From Octopus vulgaris (lineage: Eukaryota): a stretch of 64,000 bases of DNA. The notes beneath the pieces were generated by a model. The model was not told the DNA's origin, made no database searches, and was given only the letters and a program-made list of their open reading frames with translations. How positions within the stretch are numbered: position 1 is the stretch's first letter; each line of letters begins with the position of its first letter. This document shows positions 40,689 to 54,578 of the stretch, piece after piece. The stretch covers positions 86,118,001 to 86,182,000 of the forward strand of contig OX597825.1 of assembly GCA_951406725.2 (NCBI GenBank), in the 5' to 3' direction. The translations under genes and the position numbers were made by a program.

Positions 40689-43539
40689 GTCTGTGTGTAT
40701 AAAAATACACACATACACACACCTGTGTGTGTGTGTGTATACTATCGAATAATTAACGTCAGTGATTTATTATTTTCGAAACTGTGTGTCTACCCGTTTG
40801 TGTATCTGATGTCCTATATTATCATTATTATTATGTGTCTAGAATTCTGTTTGTGTATTTGGTAATCCTTCTGCTTCTGTCTACATATTTTGTGTCCGTG
40901 TGATCTGTACTCAGTCGCCTCTCTCTCCCTATATATATGTATATATATATAATGTATGTGTATGATGTGTGTATAGACGTTGCTTCGTTATGATTGATTA
41001 GTCAAATGCTCTGTCGATGTTTAATGCCTTCTGTTTTCATCACTTTTTATTGTTTATTTATTTGGTTTTTTCTTTTTTTTTTTCTTCTTGTGACGTTCCA
41101 AGAAAATCTACTGCTGTCTGTGTTTGGCTGATATTTTAGGTCAGCAGGAGAAAAACATAGATAAATAGTGAGAAACTGTAGCCGTGTGTGTGTCTGTGTG
41201 TGTGGACGTGTTTATGTAAGTGCAATCATTTTGATTTCTGAAATAGCTGCGTTGTTGTTGCCACTGCTGATTAGCCCTAGGTCAGGCCTGATTGAGTAAA
41301 CATGATCAAGGGCAATCCAGCCGAGACCACGCTTCGCTCGGAACACATTGTGATGGGTCCTTCCTTGTTTATGTCAGCCGTGATCGAACTGACCTGTGGT
41401 GAAAGGCGTTCCAGCCATGACCATCCTATCCTTATCAGGAACACTATATAACCCTTTTCTCATTTAAAACAGAAAGGTGTGATGGGGGTAGGATTTAGTT
41501 GCTATTTCTAACGGGTCAGGCGACCGTAGAGAGGTTCCGTGTGGTCTTGCAACTATCTGTGTAGGTCTTCTTGTTGGTTGATAGAAACAGGAAGGCGACC
41601 CGGAGAGATGGGGTAGGGTTTCCGTTACCCCGGTGTCGGATCAAGGCTGATTGCATCAACATCCATCTTAGGAAAATATCCATGTAAACAAACATTGTTT
41701 TCCTACCTTCTTTAGTATCGCTCGATTACTCGGATATTTTTGCCACTTGGAATGGACCATCATCATCCCTCTAATAATGATGATCTTACCATTTCCATCT
41801 TTCGACGTTGGCAGCACCGTATTTTTATTTATTTATTTATTTAAAGTCTTCACTCCTTCCTCCTCCTCCTCCTCCCTCCTCCCTCCAGTATAGTATTTCG
41901 GTGTCAGATTCCAGAGTTATTAATATATTTATATATTTTCACTACTACTTCACTAACTGGTCTTCGTTTTTTTTTTGTTTTTAGTGGGGTGAGGTTTCCC
42001 TCCTTTACTCTTCTGTGATTCATTAGTTTTCCAGAAAGAGCAGCTGAATCCACCCTCAGATCGCATCTTACAGTCTTTATTACAAAGAAGGATATAATGG
42101 CCAATGTAGTCCTAGATACACCAGACCTGAGAAGGGGGAAAAAAAACTGGATGATCCTAAGTCTGCTACTGTTCAATAATTAGTTTTGCAGTTTGTGATG
42201 TTGGTGAAAGCCAACCAATTGCTCCCATACACCCCCCCCCCCTCTGTGTGTGTGTGTGTGTTCATACCTAATGTTTTCTTTTCTTTTCTCTTGCAAGTCC
42301 TACCTTTGAATATGGCTTGTAATATATCTTAAGATTTTCCCTTTGAACTTTTTTCTTCTCATTCTGAATATTGTATGATTAAATTCATTGATAAGTTAAG
42401 GTTTGCCTCTGATGTGATCCTGTATAATAACAATAATAATAATAATAATAATGGTTTCAAGTTTTGGTAGGAAGCCAGCGGTTTCGGGGAAGGGGGTAAT
42501 TACATCGACCCCCATAATCAACTGGTACTTTTTTATTGATCCTAAAAGGATGAAAAACAAAAACAACCTCAGTGGAAATTGACCTCAAATACAAGGACTG
42601 ACAAAATGCTGTGAAGTACTTTGCCTGACATGCTAACGAGTCTGCAAGCTTGCCACCTTGATTAATAATGATAATTTTTATACAAATTATTAATTAATAA
42701 TAATCATTTCTATTACAAAGTCAGGAAATGGGGTGAGATAATCACTTGAACCAACTCCAGTATATAAATGGTACTGTGTTTTATGAACTCTGGTTGGAAG
42801 AGAGAAAAGGTTGAAGAATGATTTCTGACACAAACACAAGTCTTGGAATTTTGGGAGAAAATTTAATCTTAACGTAATGCCCAGAATGGAAATGGTGACG
42901 GCCTATGTGATTGATGATAAATCTAATGGAGAGTTTATGGAATAATGTCATATCAATTTGTTAATAGAAATTGAGAGGCTATTGTCCTGGACTCTTGCCC
43001 TTGAATAGAAGAGTAATAAATGGAGAGTCGAAGGTTAATGGCACATACAAACTTCTTCATCTCTTTTTGACTTGAAGGACAAAAGTTGAAAACGTTTACC
43101 TCTCAACTTCTTATAAGCAACTAAACTTTATTGACACTCCGCAAACTTTCTTAAACTGTTGATATTGATCCTCAATTCTGCCACATTGTTTTATCAACCC
43201 CAGAAGGATAAAAGACAATATCAACTTTGATGGGATTTGAACTCAAAGCAAAAACAAAAAAAGCTATGTAGGATATTTTTGTCTAACACTCTACCAGTTT
43301 TGCCACCTCACCCACTGCCCGTTATTTATTATCATTATCCTGAAGGCGGTGGATTGGTAGAATCATTAGTGTAGGGCAAAATACTTGTGGTATTTGTTGC
43401 AGCTCTTTACACTTTGAGTTCAAAACCTACCAAGGGCAACTTTGCCTTTCATCCTTTCAGGGTTGATGTAATAAGCCTAGCCCCTCCCCTCAAAAATGCT
43501 CACCTGGTGCCAAAATTTGAAATCATAGTTAACTTCCAG

Positions 43540-43920
43540 AAATCTCTGGCCTGGCAGTGCTACTGAGGACACTGTCAATTTGAGATAAATTCTATAGGCA
43601 CAAAAGTGTTGTTTGGCAGGACTGTCTGAGGTGCAGAATGATGAAACCATTTTGCATGCACTTGCACAGCGTTCGAGCATTGTTGATTTGTGGAGTTGGG
43701 TCAAACAGCTTTTGTCGTGTGTGGGGCAAATCTGTCGTGAGTATCTCCCCACCACCCACCATCAACAAAGCAGGGCAGGCAGTCTTCCTCTGACGAGTGG
43801 CTATAGCAAATAAAGTTTTATGGTGGACGAGACTGAAAGGATAAGTTCCACTTGGAAAGGAAAGTGCTATTTGTGAGAAGATGGGTGACTGTTGCAAAAA
43901 TGGTTAGAGTGAACCTGTGG
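43540..43920 (+). mobile_element. L1/Tx1-like ORF2 C-terminal relic
   Basis: QNDETILHAL..C-like zf-RVT region and RRWVTVAKM end; homologous to 46040-46450. Confidence 0.65.
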
Positions 43921-44479
43921 ATTGGAAAGCAGAAGAAAGGCCTCATACCTTTAGTGGTTAGAATAATCCTGGATCTGTGGGATTTCTTGATTGGCCATAA
44001 TTGGAGTTTCCGCCAGTGGCACATAAAAAGCACCCATTATACTCTTGGAGTGGTTGGCATTAGGAAGGGCATCCAGCTGTAGAAACCTTGCCAAATCAGA
44101 TTGGAGCCTGGTGCAGCCTTCTGGCTTGCCAGCCCTTGGTCAAACTGTCCAACCCATACCAGCATGGAAAACGGACGTTAAACAATGGTTATTATTATTA
44201 TTATTACTTAGTAGAGTTGGCTCAGGTGGGGAATTAGTCTAAATGCTTTACAAAATCAAGTTCATTATTTTACTGTTTCGACGTTACCTTTCATCCCTCC
44301 AAGAGTCAATAAATTAAGTACCTGTAAGATAGCGGGGGTTACATTTGCTATATTCAGTTGTATTGTATTTCCATTCCTTGAAACAAGTTTTGTGCCTTGT
44401 GGGGTGGGTAAAAGAAATCACCCCCTTCCTTTACCATGTTCCCATAGATTAAATGTGTGTAGATTGTAGGGCACTGGTT

Positions 44480-45260
44480 TCTGTTGCAATCTTACATGAC
44501 TGTGTGAGTCAGGCCCCATAGCACAGCCTTCTCATCTGGCTCCATCACTTCTCATGGTTTACTTTATTTTACTTCTCTTACAGCTGCTACTCTCCACGGC
44601 CAGTTGTCCATAACTGACAGATGTTCACACAACATGCCCGAATCCGTGCAGCTGATTCTTGTCTATTCATTAATTGATACACCTTTTTTATCGCCTGCCG
44701 CTTTCTCAATTCTTCACTTACATTTGCCATTTCATGCGAGTTCTTATAACCCCCCCTGTCCCCTCCATCCACTGAATCATGTTTATCTCATTTCGTTTCC
44801 AGCAAAAGCAAACTCAATCTTTGTTGCACTGCATCATTTTTTGTGTGTCTGCTACTAACAGTTTGGTCTTTGTTATGTTAACAATTGGCTACTTTGGTTC
44901 TGCCACTCTTTGAAATTCTTTCTTCAGCTCTTCTGCAGATGCTGCATTAAGAATTAAATTATTGGATTACAAAAATTCTCAGAGACATCCTATTCTGAAT
45001 CTATGGTTCAAGAGCCATAATGAAACAAAACTGAGTATTAAGCCCTGTTGAACTCCTACCTGTGCATTAAATGGTATTAAATGTCCCCATTGACATGCCG
45101 AGAGCAGTCCTTCAGTTTGCTGCTCCTCCCACCTACAGGCTTATACAGTAAACTCAAAAGTACTGTCCCCTTGTTCCCCCACCTCCAGCTATGTTATTGA
45201 ATACTCCAGCTTGGAACATCTTCATACACAGCCTGAACAATGGTCACGAATCATCATCAT
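44480..45260 (-). mobile_element. Old RTE reverse-transcriptase relic
   Basis: Minus-strand reading gives QVGVQQG.IL, a decayed GC.WE..YADD region, ASAEEL and NITKTK. Confidence 0.55.
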
Positions 45261-45429
45261 CATGATTAGGCTACACCTGTTTAAGTATTCTGAGAGTTAA
45301 TTCCACTGTACCTTGCCCCTAGAAATTTCTGGTCTGGTGCCAGTGTAAGACATCATTATTATGTGTCAAACATCATGGAAATCAAAATGGTTGGCACCAT
45401 TCCAAGGGAATACGAAGTGGTGACAGGAG

Positions 45430-46910
45430 CAATGATTAACCTGGACAGCTAATGTGAGCTTGCATTTTGGCACCTGAAGAAGCAAGTCCGTACGACCAGC
45501 CAACATAGTAGGTAGTGGGGTGGGGTCTTAACCGACACAGCAATTAAGTTGCTTGGGATTTGATTCAGACCTCAAGGTGGATAGGTACTGGGACATGGTC
45601 AGGTTGTCCATTTGCTGTGAACATCCTCTGTTTGAAGGGGACTCAGTGTACTGTGGCTGTGATATGCAAACATGCTTTGAGGCTGCAGCATCTACAGACA
45701 TCCCTAGACTGTGTTCAAGTGTAATCCCCTTTTCAGCCATGTTTTTATCATAGCTTGTCTTTTTGACAGAACTGCCGTCTTGGATCAAGGAAAGTCCAAG
45801 GCTGGAAATTTATCAGGTACTTGCAGCACTCTGCTAGTCAGGCAGTGCAACTGATGGAACAGCCATGTTTGTCATCATTCTTGCCTCTCTTCAGTTCTCT
45901 GTAAAATGTGTATTCTATAGAAGACTGAAGACAGGCAAAAATGATGGCATTTTCAGGAAACACTTTGTAGTTAGTGAAGATTACTTGACTGGGCTATTCT
46001 GGAGGATTTTCAGTCTGGGGTCTATAAATATGTTTGAGAAATTTTTGGCATGGCAATGCTATAGAAGGGCATTACCAATTTAAGATACACTCTACAGACA
46101 TGAAAGTGTCATCGGTGAAGCATGTCTGAGGTATGAAGCCGCAAAATTGTTCTGCATGCTTTTGTTCAAACATTTCTAACCTGTGGAGTTTTATCGAACA
46201 GTTATTTTTGTATTTTGGAAGGACCCATATAAATATCAGCTGAATCATTTGCGAAGATTGTCCCACTGCCTTTTCTGGGGCCAGAAAGAGCAGATAATTT
46301 TCCTCTCTCTGCTGGCTAGAGCAAAGGCAGTTGCGTGGTGGATGGGACTGAAAGGGTTGAAAGCAATAACTTTCCACTTTTGCCAAGAACTCACTAACAT
46401 TTTCGAGTTTCACTTGAAGAGCAAGGTGAGAGTGCAGAGAGAAGTGTCATCATTGTTGTTTAACGTCTGCTTTCCATGCTGGCATGGGTTGGACAGTTTG
46501 ACTGAGGGCTGACAAGCCAGGAGGCTGCACCAGGTCCCAATCTGATCTTGCAATGTTTCTACAGGTGGATGCCCTTCCTAATGCCAACCACTCCAAGAGT
46601 GTAGTGGGTGCTTTTTACATACCACTGGCACGAGGGCCAAAGGGTCTGAAATAGAGTCAGCATGTGCCTATAGACTGGAGAGGAAGAGGGCTGCACTTGC
46701 TCTTTGTAGTTAGACAAATATTGGACCTGTGAGTTCAGTACTGGACACACAGATTTTAATTGGTCCAAGATGATAGTTCTCCTCTCTGAAGCCTCTAGTG
46801 TCCATTTATATACTGTGGATAGCAGTTCTGTCTTTTTCACTCATCCAAATTTATTGTAGACTCTCGTCCTTTCCTTGTAATGTCCCCCTATAGCCCTTTT
46901 GGCAATAACA
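45430..46910 (+). mobile_element. L1/Tx1-like LINE 3' portion, interrupted by an RTE-3' repeat (about 46448-46640)
   Basis: LAWQCYRRALP and FHLKSKVRVQRE. 3'UTR ends tagcccttttggcaataa. Confidence 0.65.
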
Positions 46911-47182
46911 ACAGATTATTGTTATTCTGAGTTCAAATTCCACTGAAGTCGACTTTGCCTTTCATCCTTTCGGGGTCGATAAATTAAGTACCAGTTTCGT
47001 ACAGGGGTCAATGTAATCAACTAGTCTCCTTCCCTCAAAACTTCAAGCCTTGTGCCTTTAATAGAAATAAAAATAATAATTATTATTATTAAGGAGATGA
47101 GCTGGCAGAATTGTTAGCATACCAGACCAAATACTTAACTGTATTTTCCATCTTTATCTTCTAAGTTCAAGTCACACTGAAT

Positions 47183-47683
47183 CGATAAAAAAGGTATCAA
47201 TTAATGAATAGACCAGAATCAGCTGCACGGATTCGGGCATGTTGTGTGAACATCTATCAGTTATGGACAACTGGCCGTGGAGAGTAGCAGCTGTAAGAGA
47301 AGTAAAATAAAGTAAACCATGAGAAGTGATGGAGCCAGATGAGAAGGCTGTGCTATGGGGCCTGACTCACACAGTCATGTAAGATTGCAACAGAAACCAG
47401 TGCCCTACAATCTACACACATTTAATCTATGGGAACATGGTAAAGGAAGGGGGTGATTTCTTTTACCCACCCCACAAGGCACAAAACTTGTTTCAAGGAA
47501 TGGAAATACAATACAACTGAATATAGCAAATGTAACCCCCGCTATCTTACAGGTACTTAATTTATTGACTCTTGGAGGGATGAAAGGTAACGTCGAAACA
47601 GTAAAATAATGAACTTGATTTTGTAAAGCATTTAGACTAATTCCCCACCTGAGCCAACTCTACTAAGTAATAATAATAATAAT
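47183..47683 (-). repeat. Near-identical inverted copy of 44191-44693
   Basis: About 500 bp; by eye 2 substitutions and one 2-bp indel. Confidence 0.92.
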
Positions 47684-48003
47684 GATCATCTATTTGAAGT
47701 CAATGAAATAAGTACCAGTTGAGGACTGGGGGTGATGTAATCGATTAGCCCCTCCTCTCCCCTCAGAATTGCTGACCTTGCATCTATGGTAGAAACAATT
47801 AAGGGCAGTGAGTGCCAAGCAGAATGCTTTGCAGCATTTCTTCTGGTTTTACGTTCTGAGATCAACTTTACCTTTTATCTTTTCAGAGTCAGTAAAATAA
47901 TTACCAGTTGAACACTGGGCTTGAGGTAATCGACTAGAACCCCCACCCTCCCATCCAAGTTTCAGGCTTTGCACCTATAGTAGTTAGGATTATTATTATT
48001 ATT

Positions 48004-48520
48004 GAGAGAGCAGTGCATGCCATCAAAGTGACATTGGGGTAAAATATACAAAGCCCAGTATACCTATCATGACTACCCATCTGATAAGGGTGCACCAGGC
48101 ACATGCATCACAACCATATGTGTGCAACATGGTGATCTCATGAAGATAAACAGTGCATGACCTTGCAGGTGGGGCCCAGTTAGAATTTTCTCATGTCGAG
48201 TAGCCCATCCCGCTCAAAAGGTCCCTGAATAAGGGTTGTTTCCAAAGGTGAATTATCCAAACTTCTAGGAATTCCTCTCAACACATAGCTATGATGCTCC
48301 TCCCCTGCTCATGATCTGAGATGCACATATCACCAGCCACCAAGGTACACGCCCAACTGGTTAAGGTCAAGTAACTGATAAGCAAATCCATGGTATTGAG
48401 CAGAATATTTGCTGTATCCCATCTTGGTATAAGCCAAGACAGAGCATGTACATGGTAACACTTCCAATCAGTTAAGATCAGAAGCCATGAGAGCCACTGT
48501 CTGGTACTGCATCAGGGCAT
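48004..48520 (-). mobile_element. Second copy of the (AAT)n-embedded element
   Basis: Reverse-complement match to 16952-17505. Confidence 0.8.
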
Positions 48521-51500
48521 TATCATTATTATTATTATTATTATTATTTAAGGTGGCAAGCTAGCAGAATTGTTTGCATGCTGGACGAAATGCTTAGCAG
48601 TATTTCACCTGTCACTCTGTTATGAGTTCAAATTCTTCTGAGGTCGATTGCAGATGAACATTAGCAGGGTTGCCTTGTAGTGTACAAGGCAACCCTACTG
48701 GTGCTGGTGTCACATTAAAGCACACAGCACACATCGTAAACTGGTTGGTAATTGAGGAGAAACACTGGATCCATATGACTAGTCTTGTCAAGGACATGAC
48801 ATCTCTGATGCTGGTGAAAATGCACCCAGTACACAGTGTAAAGTGATTGACGTTAAGAAGAACACCCTTCCAGGGAAACCATGTCAAAATAAAACCTACA
48901 AATGAGACATGGGGCCCCGATTATGCATAACAGAGCAGTAGCTCCAAATAAAAAATTATTCAGATCACAACTCATCTAACCCATACGAGCATAGAAAGTG
49001 GGTGTAAAATGGCAGTGGTTGTATTTTAGCTTGCTTTGTCAGAGTTTTGTAATTATTGATTCTGGTTAAATATTGTACACTAGACCAAACAGTAAGTGTT
49101 CAATTTCAGAATTGATATATATGTTAGATTTAACTGCATCATTCTCAATATATATATATATAAACTACAGATAGATGTCCTAGCACCTTATCATCATGAG
49201 CTTTATCTCTCTGGTTACTCTCACTGACCCTTATGTAATGCAGGGCAGCCTTGTATCTCCTCTCCAGTGAGTCACCTTGCATGAAGCCACCTCCTCCTCA
49301 ATACTCAGCTGGTACTTTGGCATGGTTCCTTTGGTTGGATACCCTTCCTAACACCAACCACCTTACCGAGTGGGCTGGGTACTTTTTATGTGGCACTACA
49401 GCATTTGAAGTCACCAAGCAACTTGCAAGCCGGGGCCCTTTCCCTCTCAGGTAGAGAATATAGTATTGAGGGAGCTGGCTTTGTGCCTGGTAAGGATTAG
49501 GTTAGAGTATGAATAGAGGGACAGAAATAGGGTGTCTTGTAGAGGAAATGCATGATGGCCCCCAGTTGTAGAGAGAGAGGAAGATGAAGATATGTCAGGA
49601 CTTACCTTCAAGTTACTAGGTGGGGTTTATAAGTGGTAGAGCGGATTGGATAGGGGAAGTTCATGTGAGTGGCAGATGGAGGAGAGGAGAATGCAATGAG
49701 GGGGAACACAGGTGAAGGAAGGAGGTGTTGGGAAGATATGTTGTGGGGGAAAGATTTGTCAGGGACAGATTGTGTGCAAGGGTATAGGTGTAAAGGGTGT
49801 CACTTTTACTTAGATGGACAGGATGATGTTGTGAATGACAACAATGTGTGTGTGTGTGTTGTCCCCAAATGCAGAAGACAATGTCAAGAGAGAGAGAGAT
49901 TAAGGCATTGAACTGGTAGAAACAAATGCCCTACAGATTCATACTTTTTTGTTGTGTATTAAATTCTGTTTGTGCCCAATTTCTCTTTAAATCCTTTGTC
50001 CTTGTGCCAAGGGCTGTGGAGTCATCAAAACTGGATTGACAAACCATTAGAAGCTGAGTTCAACTTCTACTCAGGATGACTTTCCCCCCTTTCCTTCATT
50101 GTTACAAGTTAAGTATGGACCATTATTTCTTGTAAAAATAAGTGTCCAAAGTTATAAGTCCTTCTTGGTGGCATTGTATTTTGGTGTAAATAACAGACAG
50201 TGGGATGAGATGATGTTTATGGTAGCCAGAGGCCAGTTCCTCATTTTCTCCATTCATATATGTATTATATATATATTAGTACAGTTACACCTCATATACT
50301 TTTTGGAACCCATGCCAGCATGGAAAACGGACGTTAAACAATGATGATGAAGATGATCTAATACATTCTTTTAATGAAATATTCATTTCTTTGGTGTTGG
50401 CAGTGACAAAATAAGATTACTTTTTGTGGTGGTTCCTGTGATATAGTCTCAGTTTATTGTAGAATATATGTGTGACCCAATTTGAGATTCTGGTTGAAGC
50501 TACTTTTAACCTGTATCCTGGTTGTTGATTTGTTTAATTATAAGATCTCAGATGTAATATGGTCAGGGAAATCAAAGGGAAGAGCCTCCCTGTTATGCAC
50601 CATGTTTTCTTCAAGTCACACTCTACCATCTTAAAAAAAGGTAAAAAGCCATAATAAGATGGTCATGGTTGGATTGGATGTGATCTGGAGCTGAGCAATC
50701 TCAGTGGCAGTCACTGTTTTAGTTAATCTCTTCTTATAGACTGCTCAATGTTACCTTTATTGTTCAGCTCCAGGCTGTTGCAATGTATGTCTTCTCTGAG
50801 TTGGTAATCAATATGGAAATTTCTTAGGTTTTTAAACTACTTTCCAACACACTTTGTCTGGCCTCTTCTCTGAATAACTTGCAATATATTTTGGTAGGAT
50901 CCTGTCAGCCATGTAAATGATTTGTCCTCTCTTTTTGCCCGTATCTGTTGTACTCTTTGGCTCCACCAATGAGTACCAATGTTTGAATGGTTTGAAAAAA
51001 TGATAGAGCATCAAAGTTACTTGTGCAGTCATGCTGGTGCTATATAAAAGCACCCCTGCTGGAGCCATGTAAAGAGCACCCAGTACACTGTGTAAAGTGG
51101 TTGATATTAAGGGCATGCAACCCGTAGAACCATACCAACAGAGACAATTGGAGCCTGCTGCAGCTTTCCAGCCTTGCCAACCTGTCAAATTGTTCAGCAG
51201 ATGGTTGATGATAAAAGAGAGTTGAGTGGATTGATATGGACATGTGAAGTGATTGAATAATTTAAACTGGATAAAGCCTATGCCTGTTGAGAATATATAC
51301 CCACCAGGTAAATGTAGAAAGTTTTGGATTGAATTAATTGGGTTAGATTGAAGAATAGTTAGCTCCATAGGTAATATGGAAGATGCTGTATTGTAATTCT
51401 GTCCAACTCCTGCCAGGAGACATACAACATACACAGATAGGGTAAATATCTTAAAAACAGTTTGAGTCGGCTCTGAGCAGTGGAGGAAAGTTGAGTCCAC

Positions 51501-52904
51501 AGCCGGCTCTTTTACTTTGGAGAAAGATACACAAGTTCATAGTTTCTCTGTTGTGAATTTCATACCTCATAGACATGTCTGAAACCATTATTCTTTATTT
51601 TATGTCTCTTGTCTTAATCAGTTTCAAGTTAATTAATGCACATGATATTCCCAGTTGCTTATTGGGAATGCTTGCTTGTATTCAGTTTTAACACAGTTTT
51701 TCAGTACTTAGAATGTATAATCTTTTACTTCAAAGGAGATGGCATGGAACAGGTGTTGACCTTGTAACTAATGGAAAAACTGAACTGGTGCTGGTGCCAC
51801 ATAACAAGCACCCAGTATTCTCCATAAAGTCACTGGCATCAGGAAGGGCATTTAGCTGTAGAAATCATGCCAAGACAGACAGTGGAACCCAGTGCAAATC
51901 CAAGCCTTACCAGTTCCTGTAACACCATCCAACCCATGTCGTCATGGAAAACAAATGTTATACTATAATGATGATGATGATTGTTTCAGAAAGTAGAAGT
52001 TAGACTATTCTTCTCTCTATTTCCAGTCAAGACAAGCAAATGTTACATGGACACAACATCAATTTTTAATTCCTCTTACATCATTAATGTTCCCAACTGT
52101 ATGGTTCTGGGTTCAGTTCCACTGCATGGCACCTTGGGCAAGTGTCTTCTACTATAGCCTCAGACCAACCTAAGCCTTGTGAGTGGATTTGGTAGAAGGA
52201 AATATATATCATCATCATCATCGTTTAACATCTGCTTTCCTTGCTAGCATGGATTGGAAGATTTGACTGAAGACTGGCGAACCAGATGGCTGCACCAGGC
52301 TCCAATCTTGATCTGGCAGAGTTTCTACAGCTAAATGCCCTTCCTAACACACACACACACGCACCCATATGTTTGTGTGTCTGTGCTTCCCCTCCACCCT
52401 CGCTAGGCAACCAATGTTTGTGTGTTTATGTCCCCATAACTTAGTGGTTTGGCAAAGAGATCAATAGAATAAGAATCTGCTTACAAAGTGCATATCCTGG
52501 GCTTGATTTGTTCAGCTAAAGGCGGTGCTCCAGCATGGCTGCAGTCAAATGACTGAAACAAATAAAAGAATAAAATGAATATTAAACCTCCCCAACACTC
52601 GAGGTAGAGAAAGGAACTGGTTTCAAATCCTACTTCTGCTCTTTGTGCAGATATTCTTTTTCTTTCTTTTTTTGTTTTGTTCCTTTTATTCTCGAGCCCT
52701 GTGACTCATAAGGCTGGTTACCCGATTTCCATGGCATATAAGTAACTGGGATCACAACATTCCCCTGAACAGGCGATACCAGTCTCTTCTAGGGTTCAAG
52801 ACCAGCAATTTTGATGGAAGGGGACAAGTTGATTACATCAACCCCACTACTTGACTGTTCCCTTATTTTATCAACCCCAAATGGATGAAAGGCAAAGTTG
52901 ACCT

Positions 52905-53312
52905 CATTTACATTATTTATGTTTGACAGATATTTGTCATCATCTTGTTTGTTGTTAACACGTTTTGGCTGATATACCTTCCAGCCTTCTTCGGGTGTCT
53001 CGTGAAAATTTCGACTACACCATATGCCCATGGGCCCACGGGCATATGGCGTAGTGGTTAAGAGCACGGGCTACTAACCCCAAGATTCTGAGTTTGATTC
53101 CAAGTGGTGACCTGAATAATAACAATAATAATAATAATAATGATAATGTCGAAAAATACCTTAGGAATGAGAACCCAGGTTCGAAATTTCCCCAAGACAC
53201 CTGATGAAGGCTAAAGGGTATATCAGCCGAAACGTGTTAACAACAAACAAGATGAGGACAAATATCCGTCAGATGTAAATAATGTACATAATTTCTCATC
53301 TCTTAGATATAG
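52905..53312 (+). mobile_element. tRNA-headed element with Penelope/hammerhead-type tail and inverted 5' duplication
   Basis: 11-bp TSD aaagttgacct at 52894-52904 and 53313-53323. A/B-box tRNA head at 53040-53112, (AAT)n, then CTGATGA...GAAA at 53201-53232. Confidence 0.75.
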
Positions 53313-54578
53313 AAAGTTGACCTTGGTGGGAATTGAATTGAAAAGGTAAAAGAGCTGCAAGAAATGCTGCTTAACATTTGGTCCAATGGTGCTAATGGCT
53401 CTGCTGGTTTGCTGCCTTTTTTGTGCAAACATTAGGTCTTCATAATTAATTGGGATTATTTAATCAGGTATGAAAACTTAAAATGGGAACATTGGTGAAG
53501 TTGAAACATTTAAAATAAGAAATCCCAAAGTAAACCTCAGGATCACTGAGAATATTCTGTAGCAAGTTGGCACTGGTCACAGAGTTTTGGTAAAATATCT
53601 TCTCGATGAATCTATGAAGCAGTTTTGGTTCCTGGTTATAGCATTTTCACTTCTCATTTCACTGATGTGGCTACAATTCTTGAGAACAACACAGAAGTCA
53701 GACAAACTCATTAACTCTAAAACCTGACACTTTGAAGGTAAAGAATAATTATTTTTGAAGAGAAACCAGTTCTTTGGTGAAAGATGGGTAACAACTGTAA
53801 AGCTGACACTTCTTTACGAATCTGTTATCATCCAAGCACATGTCTGTACCAATGCTCTCATCTCTCTTGCACACCAAATCTGATTTACAATATCATCTTC
53901 AGTACCCCCGGGTCTCTTTCTCTTTCCTTCTCTCTCAATCATTCTCTCACACATATCTTACTTCTTATTAAGGAGTTTGAATATCTGACTGGCCATCGTG
54001 CCAGTGGCATGTAAAAAGCACCCACTACACAGTTGGAGTAGTTGGCATTAGGAAGGGCATCCAGCTGTAGAAACTCTGTCAGATCAGATTGGAGCCTGGT
54101 GCAGCCTTCAGTCAAACCGTCCAACCCATGCCAGCATGGAAAGCGGACGTTAAACGATGATGATGATCTGTGTACATTGCATGTCCTTTCATGGCGGTTC
54201 TTTCATTAAAGAATTGATTTTGTTACCATAATGGTGAATGGAATAACAGGAAGACAGGAGCAATGGCCCTAAATATATTCCAGTAATTAAGTTTTTACCA
54301 AAATTTCTGAGCTCAGATCCATTTGTCTCTTCTTGGTTGAGTCAGGTCAACTATATTCATCAAACCTACAAAAAAAAAAAATACTGTCTGTGCCATTGTA
54401 GACTTTACTGAAATTATTTGTGGTTTTTTAACCCTAGGTTATCTCTGACTGAGCAGACCTACCTATAGTCAAAGCCATTCCGACCATCATCATTCCAACT
54501 TTTTTCGCAGACGCAGTGTATCTACAACTACATTATTGAATGTGTTCTTTTTTTTTTTTTTAAACAATACGGTATAAG

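Noticed and set aside
44584-44858. Strong-looking acceptor plus ORF as ASH1L exon
   Set aside because: Phase-0 joining stops after 9 codons, and the region is the antisense of an RTE relic.
50832-51500. 222-aa minus-strand ORF
   Set aside because: Runs through an RTE-3' repeat; no domain or splice support.
53040-53112. Functional tRNA gene
   Set aside because: Acceptor and T stems pair poorly, and it is embedded in a TSD-flanked repeat; treated as a SINE head.
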